Shown here: one piece after another, positions 37,431 to 47,889 of the stretch
Position numbering within the stretch: the first letter of the stretch is position 1
Layout: every line of letters starts with the position of its first letter
Origin: an uncultured Verrucomicrobiae bacterium
GTDB taxonomy: Bacteria; Verrucomicrobiota; Verrucomicrobiia; Limisphaerales; Palsa-1400
NCBI GenBank assembly: GCA_963764165.1
Contig: CAVXRD010000004.1
Coordinates: 32,001-96,000, forward strand
DNA: 64,000 nt
Direction: 5' to 3'
Translations under genes and position numbers: made by a program
The notes under the pieces: model-generated
Seen by the model: only the letters and a program-made list of their open reading frames with translations
What the model was told of the DNA's origin: nothing
Databases searched by the model: none

Positions 37431-38426
37431 ATGAGCGCTATTGCCACCGCCGGAGAAACGAAAGCTGCTGCCGCGCCCGCCGGGCCGAACCAGCTCGATC
37501 AACTTAAGAAATTCACCCGCGTCGTCGCTGACACCGGCGATTTCGGGCAGCTCAAGGCTTACGCTCCCGAGGACGCCACCACGAACCCAACGCTGATTCT
37601 CAAAGCGGCGCAAAAGCCCGAATACGCCTCGCTGATCGAAAAGGCGGTCAGCGACGGCAAGCAAGCGAACTCGTCGCCTGACGACGTCATGCGGGGTCTG
37701 CTGGTTTTGTTCGGCATCGAGATTTTGAAAATTGTGCCGGGGCGCGTTTCCACCGAGACCAGCGCGAAAATCGCGTTCGACGCGGAGGCGCTGGTGGAGG
37801 AAGGCCGCAGTTTCATTGCGCGTTACGCCAAAGCCGGAATTCCCCGCGAGCGCGTGCTGGTCAAATTAGCCACGACTTGGGAAGGCATCGAAGCCGCGCG
37901 CGTCCTGCAAAAGGAAGGCATCAATTGCAACATGACGCTGCTATTCTCCATGGCGCAGGCCATCGCCGCGGCGGAAGCGGGTGCGAAGCTTATTTCTCCT
38001 TTTGTGGGCCGTATTCTTGACTGGTATAAGAAGGCCAATAAAAAGGAATACGCCCCCGCCGAGGATCCTGGCGTTATATCCGTGCGGGAAATTTACGCGT
38101 ATTACAAAACATTTGGCCACCCGACCGAAGTGATGGGCGCAAGCTTCCGCAGCAAGGACGAAGCACTGGAACTGGCCGGCTGCGACCTGCTGACCATCAG
38201 CCCCGATTTGCTTGGCGAAATGATGAAGAGCACCGCTCCGGTCGCCCGCAAACTTTCGCCGGAATCGGCCCGCGATTCCAAATTGGCCAAGATCAAGGTT
38301 GACGAAAAAGCGTTCCGGTGGATGCTGAACGAAAGCGCCATGGCGACCGAAAAATTGTCGGAAGGCATCCGGACATTCGCCGCCGACGCCGTCAAATTGG
38401 AAGAATACCTCGCCAAGAAAATGTAA
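37431..38426 (+). CDS. tal: Transaldolase
   Basis: [42 protein letters not shown] and MGASFR. Confidence 0.95.
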   Translation: MSAIATAGETKAAAAPAGPNQLDQLKKFTRVVADTGDFGQLKAYAPEDATTNPTLILKAAQKPEYASLIEKAVSDGKQANSSPDDVMRGLLVLFGIEILKIVPGRVSTETSAKIAFDAEALVEEGRSFIARYAKAGIPRERVLVKLATTWEGIEAARVLQKEGINCNMTLLFSMAQAIAAAEAGAKLISPFVGRILDWYKKANKKEYAPAEDPGVISVREIYAYYKTFGHPTEVMGASFRSKDEALELAGCDLLTISPDLLGEMMKSTAPVARKLSPESARDSKLAKIKVDEKAFRWMLNESAMATEKLSEGIRTFAADAVKLEEYLAKKM

Positions 38427-38437
38427 CTCCGCCCGGG

Positions 38438-41026
38438 CTATCGCGCTGGCGCTGACGTTTTGCCACCACGCTGCAAGAACGCGATCAAGTCCCAGATTTC
38501 ATCCTCCGACAGCGCGTCCAACAGGCCTTCGGGCATGGGGGAGATTTTTGACGGCCGTCGCGACACAATGCTTTTGACAGGAACGTCTACCGTGGTGCGG
38601 CTGATGAGGTCTGTCATTAGCACAACGCGAGTCTGATTCTCATCGATGATGTGGCCGGTCAGCACGTCGCCGTCGTCCATAGTCAAGTACATGTTTTGAT
38701 ATTCCTCGAGCAGAACTTTGGACGGTTCGATGATCGATTCCAGAATTCCCCGCGCCGTCATCCGGCTGGCGACGGCGGTCAAGTCGGGGCCGACCGCACC
38801 CCCATGGCTGGCGAAACGATGGCACAGGATGCAGCCCACCTTGCTGTAGATTTGCCGCCCGCGCGCAATTGAGCGGTGCCATTTCACCATCGGCAAATCC
38901 GGCTCCAGATCGGACAGTCGCCAATGCTTCATGTTTTTTGTTTCGCCGCCGGGAATGACCGGCGTGATAAGCGGCCTGAATACGTTCGTTTTCGGCGGGA
39001 TGTAATTGGCCAGCGCCTTGCGCTCGCTGGCGCCAAGGTTGGCCACGAATTCGTCTCGGAAATTCTCCAGGAATGGCGCAAAGCCGGGACCATCGCTGTA
39101 ATCCAGATCCACTTCCCGGAATGCCGCCAGGACGTCTGCGCGGTGCGCCAGCGGATCGCGCTTGTTCAGGAACCACGTCAAGTATTGTTTTCGCAAGTCC
39201 GGCATCCAGCCGTTGGTGATTGTCCGCAGGCGCATCACGTAATAGGTCTGCGTTTCCTGGTCGGGCGCTTTTTCGAGCAGCGCCATCGTCTTGGAGACGG
39301 CGCCGGGTGCGTTCAGGTAGAGCAGCAGCTGGCACAATTCATGGTTAAGATCATCGGTGGCGGCGGGATAAAGCGAATCGAGCATTTCCGCTAAATGGCG
39401 GATAACCGGCTGGGGCGGCCCGCCTTGGCGCGTAAAACTTATTTCCATAACGCGCAACTCGAGCAATTCCTGCTCGTGCGTCAGGCTCGAAATCGGAAAT
39501 TTCTCGAGCGCCTTCAGCAAAGCCTCCTGCGTCTCCGGCCCGCCGCAGCGCGCAAGCGCCAGCAGCGCCGTTAATCCGCCCATGACATTCGTCTCGCCCA
39601 GGGCGCGGTCCTTCCACGCGGCGAGGTCCTGGGCTTCCAGCGCGGTTCTGGCGGCGTAGCGAATCCATCGGTCATCGCTGCCGAGCGCCCCCGACCTCCA
39701 GATGAAATCCACCGCTTGAGGATCGCGATGGCCTTGCAATTTTTCCAAGCTGCGCCGGAAAGTTCGAGCCGCCGAGGCAGACAGGCGGTCTTTGTCGTCC
39801 ACTTTTAGGGGCGCAGGTTTTTGCTCCCCGACGTAGCTCACACGATACAAGCCCGAATCCGTTTCGTGCCCGCCAGTAATGAAATACAGATTTCCCTCCG
39901 GGCCAAATTCCATGGCCGACATATTTAGCGGCGTGCCGCGCAGGATTGTTTCCGCCGTCGCAACGTAACTCGCGCCATGAGGAATCAAATGGACGGCCAG
40001 CAATCTGCCGTAGGCCCAATCCTGCGCAAAACAGGCGTCGCGATAGGCATCGGGGAAAGCAAACGTCGCGGGCGGAAATTTCACCCCCGTCGGCGCGCCG
40101 AGCCCAATGTCGCGAGTGCCGGGCAGAATGTCCTCATCCCACGTTGGAACTTTCGACGTGCCCTCGCGGTAGCCAAGATCGCCGCCGGAAACCCAATGAT
40201 GGAGACGGCAGAGCCGGTACCAATCCACTCCCCATTCCCAATTCATATCGTTGTCAGTGCCGAAGAGTTCGCCGTCCGCGTTGAAGGCGATGGCGTAATC
40301 GTTGCGGGAGCCGCCGGCGAACAATTCGCAGTTTTTCCCGTCGAGATCCATTCGCAGGACGAAACCACTCACCGCCTTGTGGCCGATTTCCGCGCCCGTC
40401 GGGTCGGGATCAGCCGGCAGCAGGGAGTCAGTGGCGAAGTTGCGCATGGGAGAATTGGTGGAAATGTCCTTCGGCAATTCCGTGGCGTTGCCGCAAACCA
40501 CGTAGAGCTTTCGATCCGGGCCGACCGCAAAACCATGCGCGCCGTGGTCGTACATCCAGAAATTCACATGGCGCAATAATTCGGGCGCGCCGAACCGGTC
40601 GCCCAGATCACGCGCCCGATAAAGCCCCAATCCTGCCGGCCCTTTGCAGTCAAGATAAAGGTAATTGGAGGCATAAAGGAGGCCCATGGCATCCCCGCAG
40701 GGGAGATCCAGCCGCTCCGTTTTTTTGAATTTCCCGTTCTCCAGGGTCATTCTGAGAAGCGGACCCAAATGAGGCGAGATAATGAACCGGCCTTTGGGAT
40801 CAATAGCCATCGTTATCCACGAATCCTCGTTCGTTGTGGCCGAATGGATCAATTCCACCTTGAAACCGGACATCACATGGATGGCTTCCGCCGCCGTGGC
40901 TTCGGGCGCTGGATGGTGCAGCTCGTGTTCGACGCGCACCGTCCATGTCACCCAAAATGCCCCGACGCAAAGCAACACGGTCGCAAAGGCAATGAACAGC
41001 AGCCGCCGAAGATTGAATCTTTTCAT
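38438..41026 (-). CDS. PVC-type heme-binding protein (beta-propeller/sorbosone dehydrogenase-like + HEAT + cytochrome c)
   Basis: DNDMNWEWG, CILCH and GPDLT...SPMPEGL. Confidence 0.85.
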   Translation of the reverse strand: MKRFNLRRLLFIAFATVLLCVGAFWVTWTVRVEHELHHPAPEATAAEAIHVMSGFKVELIHSATTNEDSWITMAIDPKGRFIISPHLGPLLRMTLENGKFKKTERLDLPCGDAMGLLYASNYLYLDCKGPAGLGLYRARDLGDRFGAPELLRHVNFWMYDHGAHGFAVGPDRKLYVVCGNATELPKDISTNSPMRNFATDSLLPADPDPTGAEIGHKAVSGFVLRMDLDGKNCELFAGGSRNDYAIAFNADGELFGTDNDMNWEWGVDWYRLCRLHHWVSGGDLGYREGTSKVPTWDEDILPGTRDIGLGAPTGVKFPPATFAFPDAYRDACFAQDWAYGRLLAVHLIPHGASYVATAETILRGTPLNMSAMEFGPEGNLYFITGGHETDSGLYRVSYVGEQKPAPLKVDDKDRLSASAARTFRRSLEKLQGHRDPQAVDFIWRSGALGSDDRWIRYAARTALEAQDLAAWKDRALGETNVMGGLTALLALARCGGPETQEALLKALEKFPISSLTHEQELLELRVMEISFTRQGGPPQPVIRHLAEMLDSLYPAATDDLNHELCQLLLYLNAPGAVSKTMALLEKAPDQETQTYYVMRLRTITNGWMPDLRKQYLTWFLNKRDPLAHRADVLAAFREVDLDYSDGPGFAPFLENFRDEFVANLGASERKALANYIPPKTNVFRPLITPVIPGGETKNMKHWRLSDLEPDLPMVKWHRSIARGRQIYSKVGCILCHRFASHGGAVGPDLTAVASRMTARGILESIIEPSKVLLEEYQNMYLTMDDGDVLTGHIIDENQTRVVLMTDLISRTTVDVPVKSIVSRRPSKISPMPEGLLDALSEDEIWDLIAFLQRGGKTSAPAR

Positions 41027-41038
41027 CCGCCTGCCGGC

Positions 41039-44000
41039 TTACTTTTTGAAGGCGGCATTGGCTCGTTTGCCGCCGGATTCGATATAGGCGATCAAGTCCC
41101 AGATTTCATCTTCAGTCATGGAATTGACCAAGCCTTCGGGCATCGGCGAAATCTTGGACGGCTTGCGCGAAATCACATCCGCCTTGGCGACCTCCACGCG
41201 GTTCGGATGCATGGAATCGGTCATCAACACCAGCTTCGTGTCGTTTTCGTCCAGCAGACGGCCCACCAAAGTGTCATCCTTCGTCTCGACGATAATGTTT
41301 TGATACTGCTCGGAAACAACTTTTGACGGCTCGAGAATCGATTCCAAAATATCGCGCGTCGACAAGCGGCTCGCCACCGCCGCCAATTCCGGCCCCACCG
41401 AGCCGCCCGTCTTGCCGAAGCGATGGCAGAGAATGCACTGCGCATCCGTGTAGGCGGCCTTGCCGTCTTTGAAGGAGCGGCCGGTTTTGGCTTTCGACAA
41501 ATCCGGAACGAGGTCGCCCATGTGCCATTCCTTGACGAATTTCCGAGTCGTAGCTTGGGGCATCGCTTCCTTTTCCTTGGGCAGAACATCCGCCAGTTGG
41601 TCGCGCTCTTCCGGGCTTAGGGTCGCGATGGCTTCGTTGCGGAAATTCTCAAGGAACGGCTGCATGCTCGCGCCATCGCTGTAATCGCGGTCGACGTCCT
41701 TGAAGTATTGCAGAATTTCCGCCGGATGCTTTGCCTCGTCGTGGTTCTTGTTGAACCAGGCGAAGTAATCGTGGCGCAGGTCGGAGGTCCAGCCGTTGGT
41801 GATCGTGCGCAAACGCATGACGTAGTAAGTCTGCTCCTCAAGGGTCGGCGCTTTGTCAAGCAGAGCAACCGTTTTGGCCACCGCATCGGGCGCCTGCAAA
41901 TAGAGCAGGATCGAGCACAACTCGCGATTCAACGGCAGCGTGGCAGCGGGATACAATGGATCGAGCTTTTCCGTGACAAGCTTGGCTACCTCCGCATTGG
42001 GCGCGCCTTGGCGGCTGAAACTCACTTCGATCAGGCGCAGCTTCAGCAACTGCTGCTCGGGAGTCAGGCCCGCCATCGGGAATTTTTTCAACGCCAGCAA
42101 CAGGTCACGCTGCGTGTCGCGCCCCCCAGTGCGGGCCAGGGCCAGCAGCGCCGTCAGCGCGGTTTCGGTGTTGGTTTCGGAAATCGCGCGATCCTTCCAC
42201 CACGCCACATCCTGAGATTCCAGCGCCTCCCGGGCCGCGTAACGAATCCATCGGTCATCACTGCCGAGCGAAGACCATACGGCGCCGACAATGCGGCGGT
42301 CGCGCCTTCCGTAAAATTCCTCCAAGTCGTGGCGCAAGCGGCGGGCTTCCTTGGCCTGGCTGGCAATTTCCTTGTCGGCGGCGGTCAAGTGCGGTTCCTC
42401 CACTTTCGGTCCAGTGTAAGTCAAGCGATACAAGCCCGACTCGGTATTGCGCCCGCCGGTGATGAAATAGAGCGCGCCGTCCTTGCCGATTTCGAGGGCG
42501 GTCAGGTTGAGCGGAATGCCGCGAAGGACTGTTTCCATCGAGGCGTCATAAGTCGCGCCATCTGGCGTGAAGTGGATTGCGAGCAAGCGACCATAGGACC
42601 AGTCCTCCATGAAGCAAGCGTCGCGATAAATTTTCGGAAACCTCGTTTTTGTCCCGAAGAGCAATCCGGTTGGCGAGCCGATGCCAACATCCAAAGCCGC
42701 GGGAAGCGTGTCTTCGTAGTATTCGGGAAATTTTCCGCTGCCTTCGCGAAAACCATAGTCCCCGCCCGCCACCAGATGAATCACGCGAATCGGGCGATAC
42801 CATGCCGCGCCCCAATCCCATTCCATATCGCTGTCAAATCCAATAAGTTCGCCAGCGGGATTAAACGCGACGTCATAAGTGTTGCGCATGCCCGCGTCGA
42901 ACAGCTCGCAATTCTTCCCGTCAAGATCCATGCGGATGACGTAACCGCCGGGAGGATGCAATCCCGCGCCAAAACCGCGCCCATCTTCCGCCCGCGGCAG
43001 CACTTGGTCATCCGCATAATTGCGCATCGGCGAACTTGGCAGAATGTCATCGGGAACTTTGGTGAAATTGCCGCAGACGATGTAAAGCTTGTGGTCAGGC
43101 CCCATGACGATTGAGTGCGAGCCGTGTTCGCCGCCCGCGCTCATCGGGCGAATGAATTCCGGTTTGCCAAATCCATCTCCATGCTCCCGCGCGCGATAAA
43201 TTCCCCAGCCGTTCGTCCCTTTGCCGTCGAGAAACAAATAATGATCGGCGTAAAGCAGTCCCATCGCCGAACCCATCGGAGTGCTTATGCGCTCAACATC
43301 AGAAACCCGGCCGTCGGAAATCGTCACGCGCAAAAGTTTGCCATCTTCCTGCGGCGAAATGATGAAGCGGCCTTTGCTGTCGATGGTCATCGCGATCCAT
43401 GAACCTTCGGTGACTTTGGCTGAGCGCAATAATTCAACCTTGAAACCCTTTTCGACTTTTATCGAGGCGGCGCTCGTCGCTTCGCGCTCGACCATGATCT
43501 GGCCCCACGGTTCGTCGCCCAATTTTCCGACCGAGGTGGCGCGGCGCCATGCGTCATCGTCAAAATCAACGGCAGTCCAGTTCGTTTTTTCCTCGGTGGA
43601 AACGAACCATGTGGTGTCGGTCACAATTTTGCGGATCGACCGCATGCCGTCCAAGGCGGACTTCTTTTTGGAATTGCCGCTGGAATCCTTCAGGTCCAAT
43701 TCCGCCACCGTTCCCGCTTTGCCGCCCGCGTTATGGGCGCGTATCGCAATAACGTTGTCACCTATAATAATATTTTTGGTGACATCGACCGTGGCTGGGC
43801 TTTTCCAATCCTTCACGGTCGCGACTTTTTTGCCATTGATGTAAAAATCCGCCCCGTCGTCACCGGACCCCATCAGCGTCGCCTCGGCGACCGCCTGTTT
43901 GACGGTAAACGCCTTGCGGAAATAACGGACTTCTTTCGTGGTCGATTCGTTGTTGGTGGTTGACCAAAGCCATTGCGGAGTTTGCGCTTGGGCCGCCGCC

Positions 44001-44068
44001 GCGGCAGTCAGTGCGATAAAGGCTGTCCACGCGCGAAGTTGCTTTTGCAGGGGAGTCATTAATTTCAT
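41039..44068 (-). CDS. PVC-type heme-binding protein with an N-terminal jelly-roll/sugar-binding-like domain
   Basis: Signal peptide, QWLW...YFRKAF...GDNVIAI, DSDMEWDWG and CILCH; paralog of the neighbouring gene. Confidence 0.85.
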   Translation of the reverse strand: MKLMTPLQKQLRAWTAFIALTAAAAAQAQTPQWLWSTTNNESTTKEVRYFRKAFTVKQAVAEATLMGSGDDGADFYINGKKVATVKDWKSPATVDVTKNIIIGDNVIAIRAHNAGGKAGTVAELDLKDSSGNSKKKSALDGMRSIRKIVTDTTWFVSTEEKTNWTAVDFDDDAWRRATSVGKLGDEPWGQIMVEREATSAASIKVEKGFKVELLRSAKVTEGSWIAMTIDSKGRFIISPQEDGKLLRVTISDGRVSDVERISTPMGSAMGLLYADHYLFLDGKGTNGWGIYRAREHGDGFGKPEFIRPMSAGGEHGSHSIVMGPDHKLYIVCGNFTKVPDDILPSSPMRNYADDQVLPRAEDGRGFGAGLHPPGGYVIRMDLDGKNCELFDAGMRNTYDVAFNPAGELIGFDSDMEWDWGAAWYRPIRVIHLVAGGDYGFREGSGKFPEYYEDTLPAALDVGIGSPTGLLFGTKTRFPKIYRDACFMEDWSYGRLLAIHFTPDGATYDASMETVLRGIPLNLTALEIGKDGALYFITGGRNTESGLYRLTYTGPKVEEPHLTAADKEIASQAKEARRLRHDLEEFYGRRDRRIVGAVWSSLGSDDRWIRYAAREALESQDVAWWKDRAISETNTETALTALLALARTGGRDTQRDLLLALKKFPMAGLTPEQQLLKLRLIEVSFSRQGAPNAEVAKLVTEKLDPLYPAATLPLNRELCSILLYLQAPDAVAKTVALLDKAPTLEEQTYYVMRLRTITNGWTSDLRHDYFAWFNKNHDEAKHPAEILQYFKDVDRDYSDGASMQPFLENFRNEAIATLSPEERDQLADVLPKEKEAMPQATTRKFVKEWHMGDLVPDLSKAKTGRSFKDGKAAYTDAQCILCHRFGKTGGSVGPELAAVASRLSTRDILESILEPSKVVSEQYQNIIVETKDDTLVGRLLDENDTKLVLMTDSMHPNRVEVAKADVISRKPSKISPMPEGLVNSMTEDEIWDLIAYIESGGKRANAAFKK

Positions 44069-44089
44069 GGGTGATTTGGAAAAGGGAAT

Positions 44090-45004
44090 TTATTCAGTGC
44101 CGGCAATGTATTGTTCCAGCAGCCGTTTTGCCAGGGCGAGACCCGTGTCTTCCAATTGCAGGCCGTCCCTGTGATTTCGGTAAACCGGGTCGTGCCAGCC
44201 TTCAATGCTGAGATCGGAATTGTATCCCACGCGAACAAGCGCGTGGACGATTTCCGCCCAATTGGCCTGGCCCAAGCCAGGAAAGCGATGTTCCGCCACG
44301 CCCGGATGGCAAAGGCCGTAGGTCTCAAGAAGCGGGCGGTTGATGTAAGCATCCTTCGCATGAACGTGAAAAATGCGCGAGCCAAATTTATGAATCGTGC
44401 CAACCGGCTCGATAAGCTGGCAAATCAAATGGCTCGGATCCCATTCCAAGCCGAGGTTTTCGCACGACGTGGCGTTAAAAAAGCGCTCCCATTGGGCGGG
44501 CTGGCTGAGCGTGTTGTAGTGCATCACAGGCAAATGCCATCGGCCTTGCGGGCAGTTTTCAAATGCGATCCGCACGTTTCTATCCGCCGCGAATTTCGCC
44601 AGCGGCTCCCAAAAGGCGACCAGTTGTGGAATGTAGTTCTCGAATGGTTTGTAGACGGGATTTCCGCCGCGTTCATTCATTTCCAATTCGATGACAGCAC
44701 CCGCGAAGCCCGAGACATTGCGAATCCCCATGAAGGAAGCGACTTCAATGGCCCGTTGAAAAGCAGCGCGGGCGGACTCGGTTTGTTTGGGGTCGAGCGG
44801 ATTTTTGTAATCGGCGCCGATGCTGGAAATGCGAATGTCGCGGTCCCTCAGCGCGGCCGAAAAATTTTCCGCGTATGGTTTCCAATCGGCATGGCAGGGT
44901 CCGGCCGGGCTTTCCGGGAACCGAACCCACTGGATGGAATGGAAATCCAGCTTCTTGAGCCAGTCGAAATCCTCCCAGCCACGGCTTAAAACACCTACGC
45001 GCAT
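44090..45004 (-). CDS. Sugar phosphate isomerase/epimerase (xylose isomerase-like TIM barrel)
   Basis: FENCP, GLEWDPSH, HVHAKD, PGLG and SIE motifs. Confidence 0.85.
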   Translation of the reverse strand: MRVGVLSRGWEDFDWLKKLDFHSIQWVRFPESPAGPCHADWKPYAENFSAALRDRDIRISSIGADYKNPLDPKQTESARAAFQRAIEVASFMGIRNVSGFAGAVIELEMNERGGNPVYKPFENYIPQLVAFWEPLAKFAADRNVRIAFENCPQGRWHLPVMHYNTLSQPAQWERFFNATSCENLGLEWDPSHLICQLIEPVGTIHKFGSRIFHVHAKDAYINRPLLETYGLCHPGVAEHRFPGLGQANWAEIVHALVRVGYNSDLSIEGWHDPVYRNHRDGLQLEDTGLALAKRLLEQYIAGTE

Positions 45005-45053
45005 CCCGCATGTTGCCGCAGGAGGAAAACACTTCAAAGCGGAAATTGCGGTG

Positions 45054-45099
45054 AAAAAACCAAGGGTGCAATAGGGTGAAATAGTGCGCAATGCCTGGA
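45054..45099 (-). repeat. Phased TTGCAC motif, copy 3 of 3
   Basis: Minus strand TCCAGGCATTGCGCACTATTTCACCCTATTGCACCCTTGGTTTTT. Confidence 0.7.
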
Positions 45100-45211
45100 T
45101 CACAGGTTTATTGAGCCGTCCTGGCTAAACGGACCGTTTTCAAACATTAATTTCCTCCAACAGAAGAAAAATGAATTTACTTACGAGCGCTCATATTGCG
45201 CTCATCGTTCC

Positions 45212-45427
45212 TTCCATTAACACACCGCTTCAGCGGGGCGTAGGCGCAGCCGGAACCACAAAAACCGTTTTAGCGGTTTCGTCAACGCGCAACCTCAACC
45301 CGTAACGCTCCGCCAGCCATTTCATCTCATCCGAGCATGTTCTCTAGGGCTGAACCGTTGGAAACCGTTAAGACGGTTTCTCCGTCCTCAGCCTCGGACC
45401 ACCCGCTGAAGCGGGGTGTTCATGAAA
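45212..45427. repeat. REP/MITE-like inverted-repeat element
   Basis: aacacaccgcttcagcggg ... cccgctgaagcggggtgtt, with inner aaccgtt..cggtt palindromes. Confidence 0.6.
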
Positions 45428-45601
45428 GAACCGCCAGAAGAATTCTGTCTTACAGTCGACGCAAGAAGGCTCAAATTTCGTCGGAGCTGGCAAAATATCA
45501 AAGAACACGCCGTGAGGGCGACAGGAGGAAAAATAAGCCCAAAAATCTTTTTTGTCAATTCTGCTTGCAGTTACACGGTTTAGTGGTATTCTCGAAAGCG
45601 T

Positions 45602-46711
45602 ATGACAACCGAATCATCGATTGTTCAGCCGGGGCCGGTGGCGAAAACAGCGCCGGGGGCGCCGGGCCGGGAGTGCTGCGGGCCGACAGGCCGCGCCCGC
45701 ACCAGCAAGATCGCGCGCCTGCCCGCCGATATCCGCGCTGAATTGAACGAGCGGCTTCTGGAGGCGGAGCCGCCTGCCGCCATTCTGGAATGGCTCAACG
45801 GCTTGCCGGAGGTGCAGCGCGTGCTGGCGCAATCTTTTGACTCCCAGCCCATCACGGAAGTCAACCTTTCGCGCTGGCGCCAGGGCGGTTACGCCGGGTG
45901 GCTGGAGCAGCGGAACACGCAGGAGGCGGTGGAAGCCGTGGCGACGGCCGCCGCCGGGGTGGAAGGTACGGCGGCGGAAAATCTCAACCGGCATCTGGCG
46001 GTCGTGCTGAGCGCGCGGCTGTTCGTGGAGATGCAGCGCTGCGGGGCCATGCCCGAAGGGCCGGACAAAACGGCGTCGCTGCACCAATTGGTGGTGTCCT
46101 ACGCCCTGCTGCGCCGGGCGGAGTATTACGGCGAGAAGGTGCGGCTTGACCGGGAAAAGCTGAAAATGCTGGAGGAGCGCCTGCGGCAAGAGGCGGAAAA
46201 AAACCGCAAGCGCTCGCCCGAGGAACAGGAGGACCGCATCAATAAAATCCTGGGCACGGGCCGCTTCGCCGCCAACTGGAACAACGACCTAAGACGATGG
46301 GAAGGGCCGGGAGCGGCCATGCGGTATGAGGAGGAGGAAGTCACGCTCCAGGTGAGGACGGAAATGAACCGGCGCTATCCGAATGGTTTCCCCGAAGGCT
46401 ACCGCCCTCCCTACGGCGACCCATTGCCCGTTTATCCTAAGCCTGTTGACACCCCAAAGAGCGTCAATCAATCAGCGCAGAAGCCCAGTGTTCCAGCGCG
46501 CAGCGATAGCGATAGCCCGCCCAACAATCCCGTTGGGAACGAGGAACGTGCATGCGCCCCGACACAGCGAACGGAACAGGAGCCAGCACGAGTGGATATT
46601 GGGCGGCAACCGACAAATGAACACCTTGTCACGATGACGCCTGCGCATGGGGTCGGGCAAGCGCATCCAAACCGAATCCCAGAGGGATGCCAGATTGCAG
46701 CCGGTGGTTGA
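45602..46711 (+). CDS. Hypothetical protein with a DUF3486-like N-terminal HTH
   Basis: RTSKIARLP..IR.ELN.RL.......IL.WLN...N.SRWRQGGY; low-complexity tail. Confidence 0.6.
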   Translation: MTTESSIVQPGPVAKTAPGAPGRECCGPTGRARTSKIARLPADIRAELNERLLEAEPPAAILEWLNGLPEVQRVLAQSFDSQPITEVNLSRWRQGGYAGWLEQRNTQEAVEAVATAAAGVEGTAAENLNRHLAVVLSARLFVEMQRCGAMPEGPDKTASLHQLVVSYALLRRAEYYGEKVRLDREKLKMLEERLRQEAEKNRKRSPEEQEDRINKILGTGRFAANWNNDLRRWEGPGAAMRYEEEEVTLQVRTEMNRRYPNGFPEGYRPPYGDPLPVYPKPVDTPKSVNQSAQKPSVPARSDSDSPPNNPVGNEERACAPTQRTEQEPARVDIGRQPTNEHLVTMTPAHGVGQAHPNRIPEGCQIAAGG

Positions 46712-46911
46712 GCGGCAGCGACACCACCGGAAACAAATGCCAAAAATCCCCTCGGACCCTGGAAGGCGTCCCAGCTCCGTCCAAATACCGGCGCCGCATT
46801 TGACACCCGATGCTGGCACCCACTTCCGGGGTGCATTCCGATTTCTAAATTGTTATCCGGTGGCGTCGCTGCGCTCAACCACCGGCTACAATCTCGGATG
46901 CCTCCGGCATC
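46676..46911. repeat. REP/MITE-like inverted-repeat element
   Basis: agccggtggttgagcg..agcgacaccaccgga ... tccggtggcgtcgctgcgctcaaccaccggct. Confidence 0.7.
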
Positions 46912-46986
46912 ACGGACGGAAACCCCCGAAAATTAGATGCGTCTGCCCTGGGCGCATGGAACGGGCACGGGCGCAAATCATGTTTT

Positions 46987-47105
46987 GGTAGGGACGCCTC
47001 GCCGAGGCGTCCGGGGTGAGGCATTATTCACGAGCGACCCTTTGCATATCCACGCGCAACCGGACGCCTCGGGCGGAAGTTCCGCTTCCCAGAGGCGTCC
47101 CTACC
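46987..47105. repeat. GTAG-type REPIN-like pair
   Basis: GGTAGGGACGCCTCGCCGAGGCGTCCG ... GAGGCGTCCCTACC. Confidence 0.7.
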
Positions 47106-47237
47106 TTTCAGAGAAAGTTTCAAAATCTGACTTGGGCCCGGCGGGCGTGGCGGCAATGCGGTTTTTGCGGCCCCGGCGCGAGCGGCGGGACTGCCCTATA
47201 AAATAGTCATCGTTGCCCCTTTTTACCCGCTGTGCTT

Positions 47238-47639
47238 TCAGTCTGGCCGTGGATTGCGAACAACCGGCGTTCGATCATTACCAAGCCGGTTGAACTGCTC
47301 CATTGATGCCGGTTGCGTCAATACTTTCACTAATCGGTAATCCTTTCCGGGTGGCATCGGCAACAGAAGACCCTGCAAACTTGAACCGGCTGGAATGTCT
47401 TCGTATCCCTGAACTCCTGTAATTTTGTGCTTTTCTCCGAACCTGCTGACGTTCGGTATAATCACTTCTTCGGCTCTCTCACGTCGAATCCAAAAGCCTT
47501 TGCTCTCAATTCGTGCTGGCCCGCCGAATATCGCCTCATCAAAAGGCAACTCGAATTCGCCACCAGGCCCGCGCAGCAATACCACGAGCCTTCCACCCGG
47601 TTTGATCTCGACGTTGTTTTGAACGACACGGTTGCACAT
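47238..47639 (-). CDS. Hypothetical protein (MCNR N-terminus, faint SRAP-like similarity)
   Basis: 133-aa frame with MCNR and ARIES. Confidence 0.55.
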   Translation of the reverse strand: MCNRVVQNNVEIKPGGRLVVLLRGPGGEFELPFDEAIFGGPARIESKGFWIRRERAEEVIIPNVSRFGEKHKITGVQGYEDIPAGSSLQGLLLPMPPGKDYRLVKVLTQPASMEQFNRLGNDRTPVVRNPRPD

Positions 47640-47889
47640 ATTTACCCCAATCGTGCCGGAAGCCCGCCTGACCTGTCGAACGATAATTTGATACATAAAT
47701 GGATATTATGGCATTTGATTTGACCGCCGCTGGCATGGGCTTGGCGAAAGTCGCTGAACTGGCTGCGACGTTGAAATAGACGCGCACCAGTCTTGGCAGT
47801 CGCAAACTTTTCAGGCCGCATGCAGACGTCTCACTTCCTGCACTAAATGAGACCGGCCGTAATCTCGGCGGCTCCAAGCCGAGTCGCGC

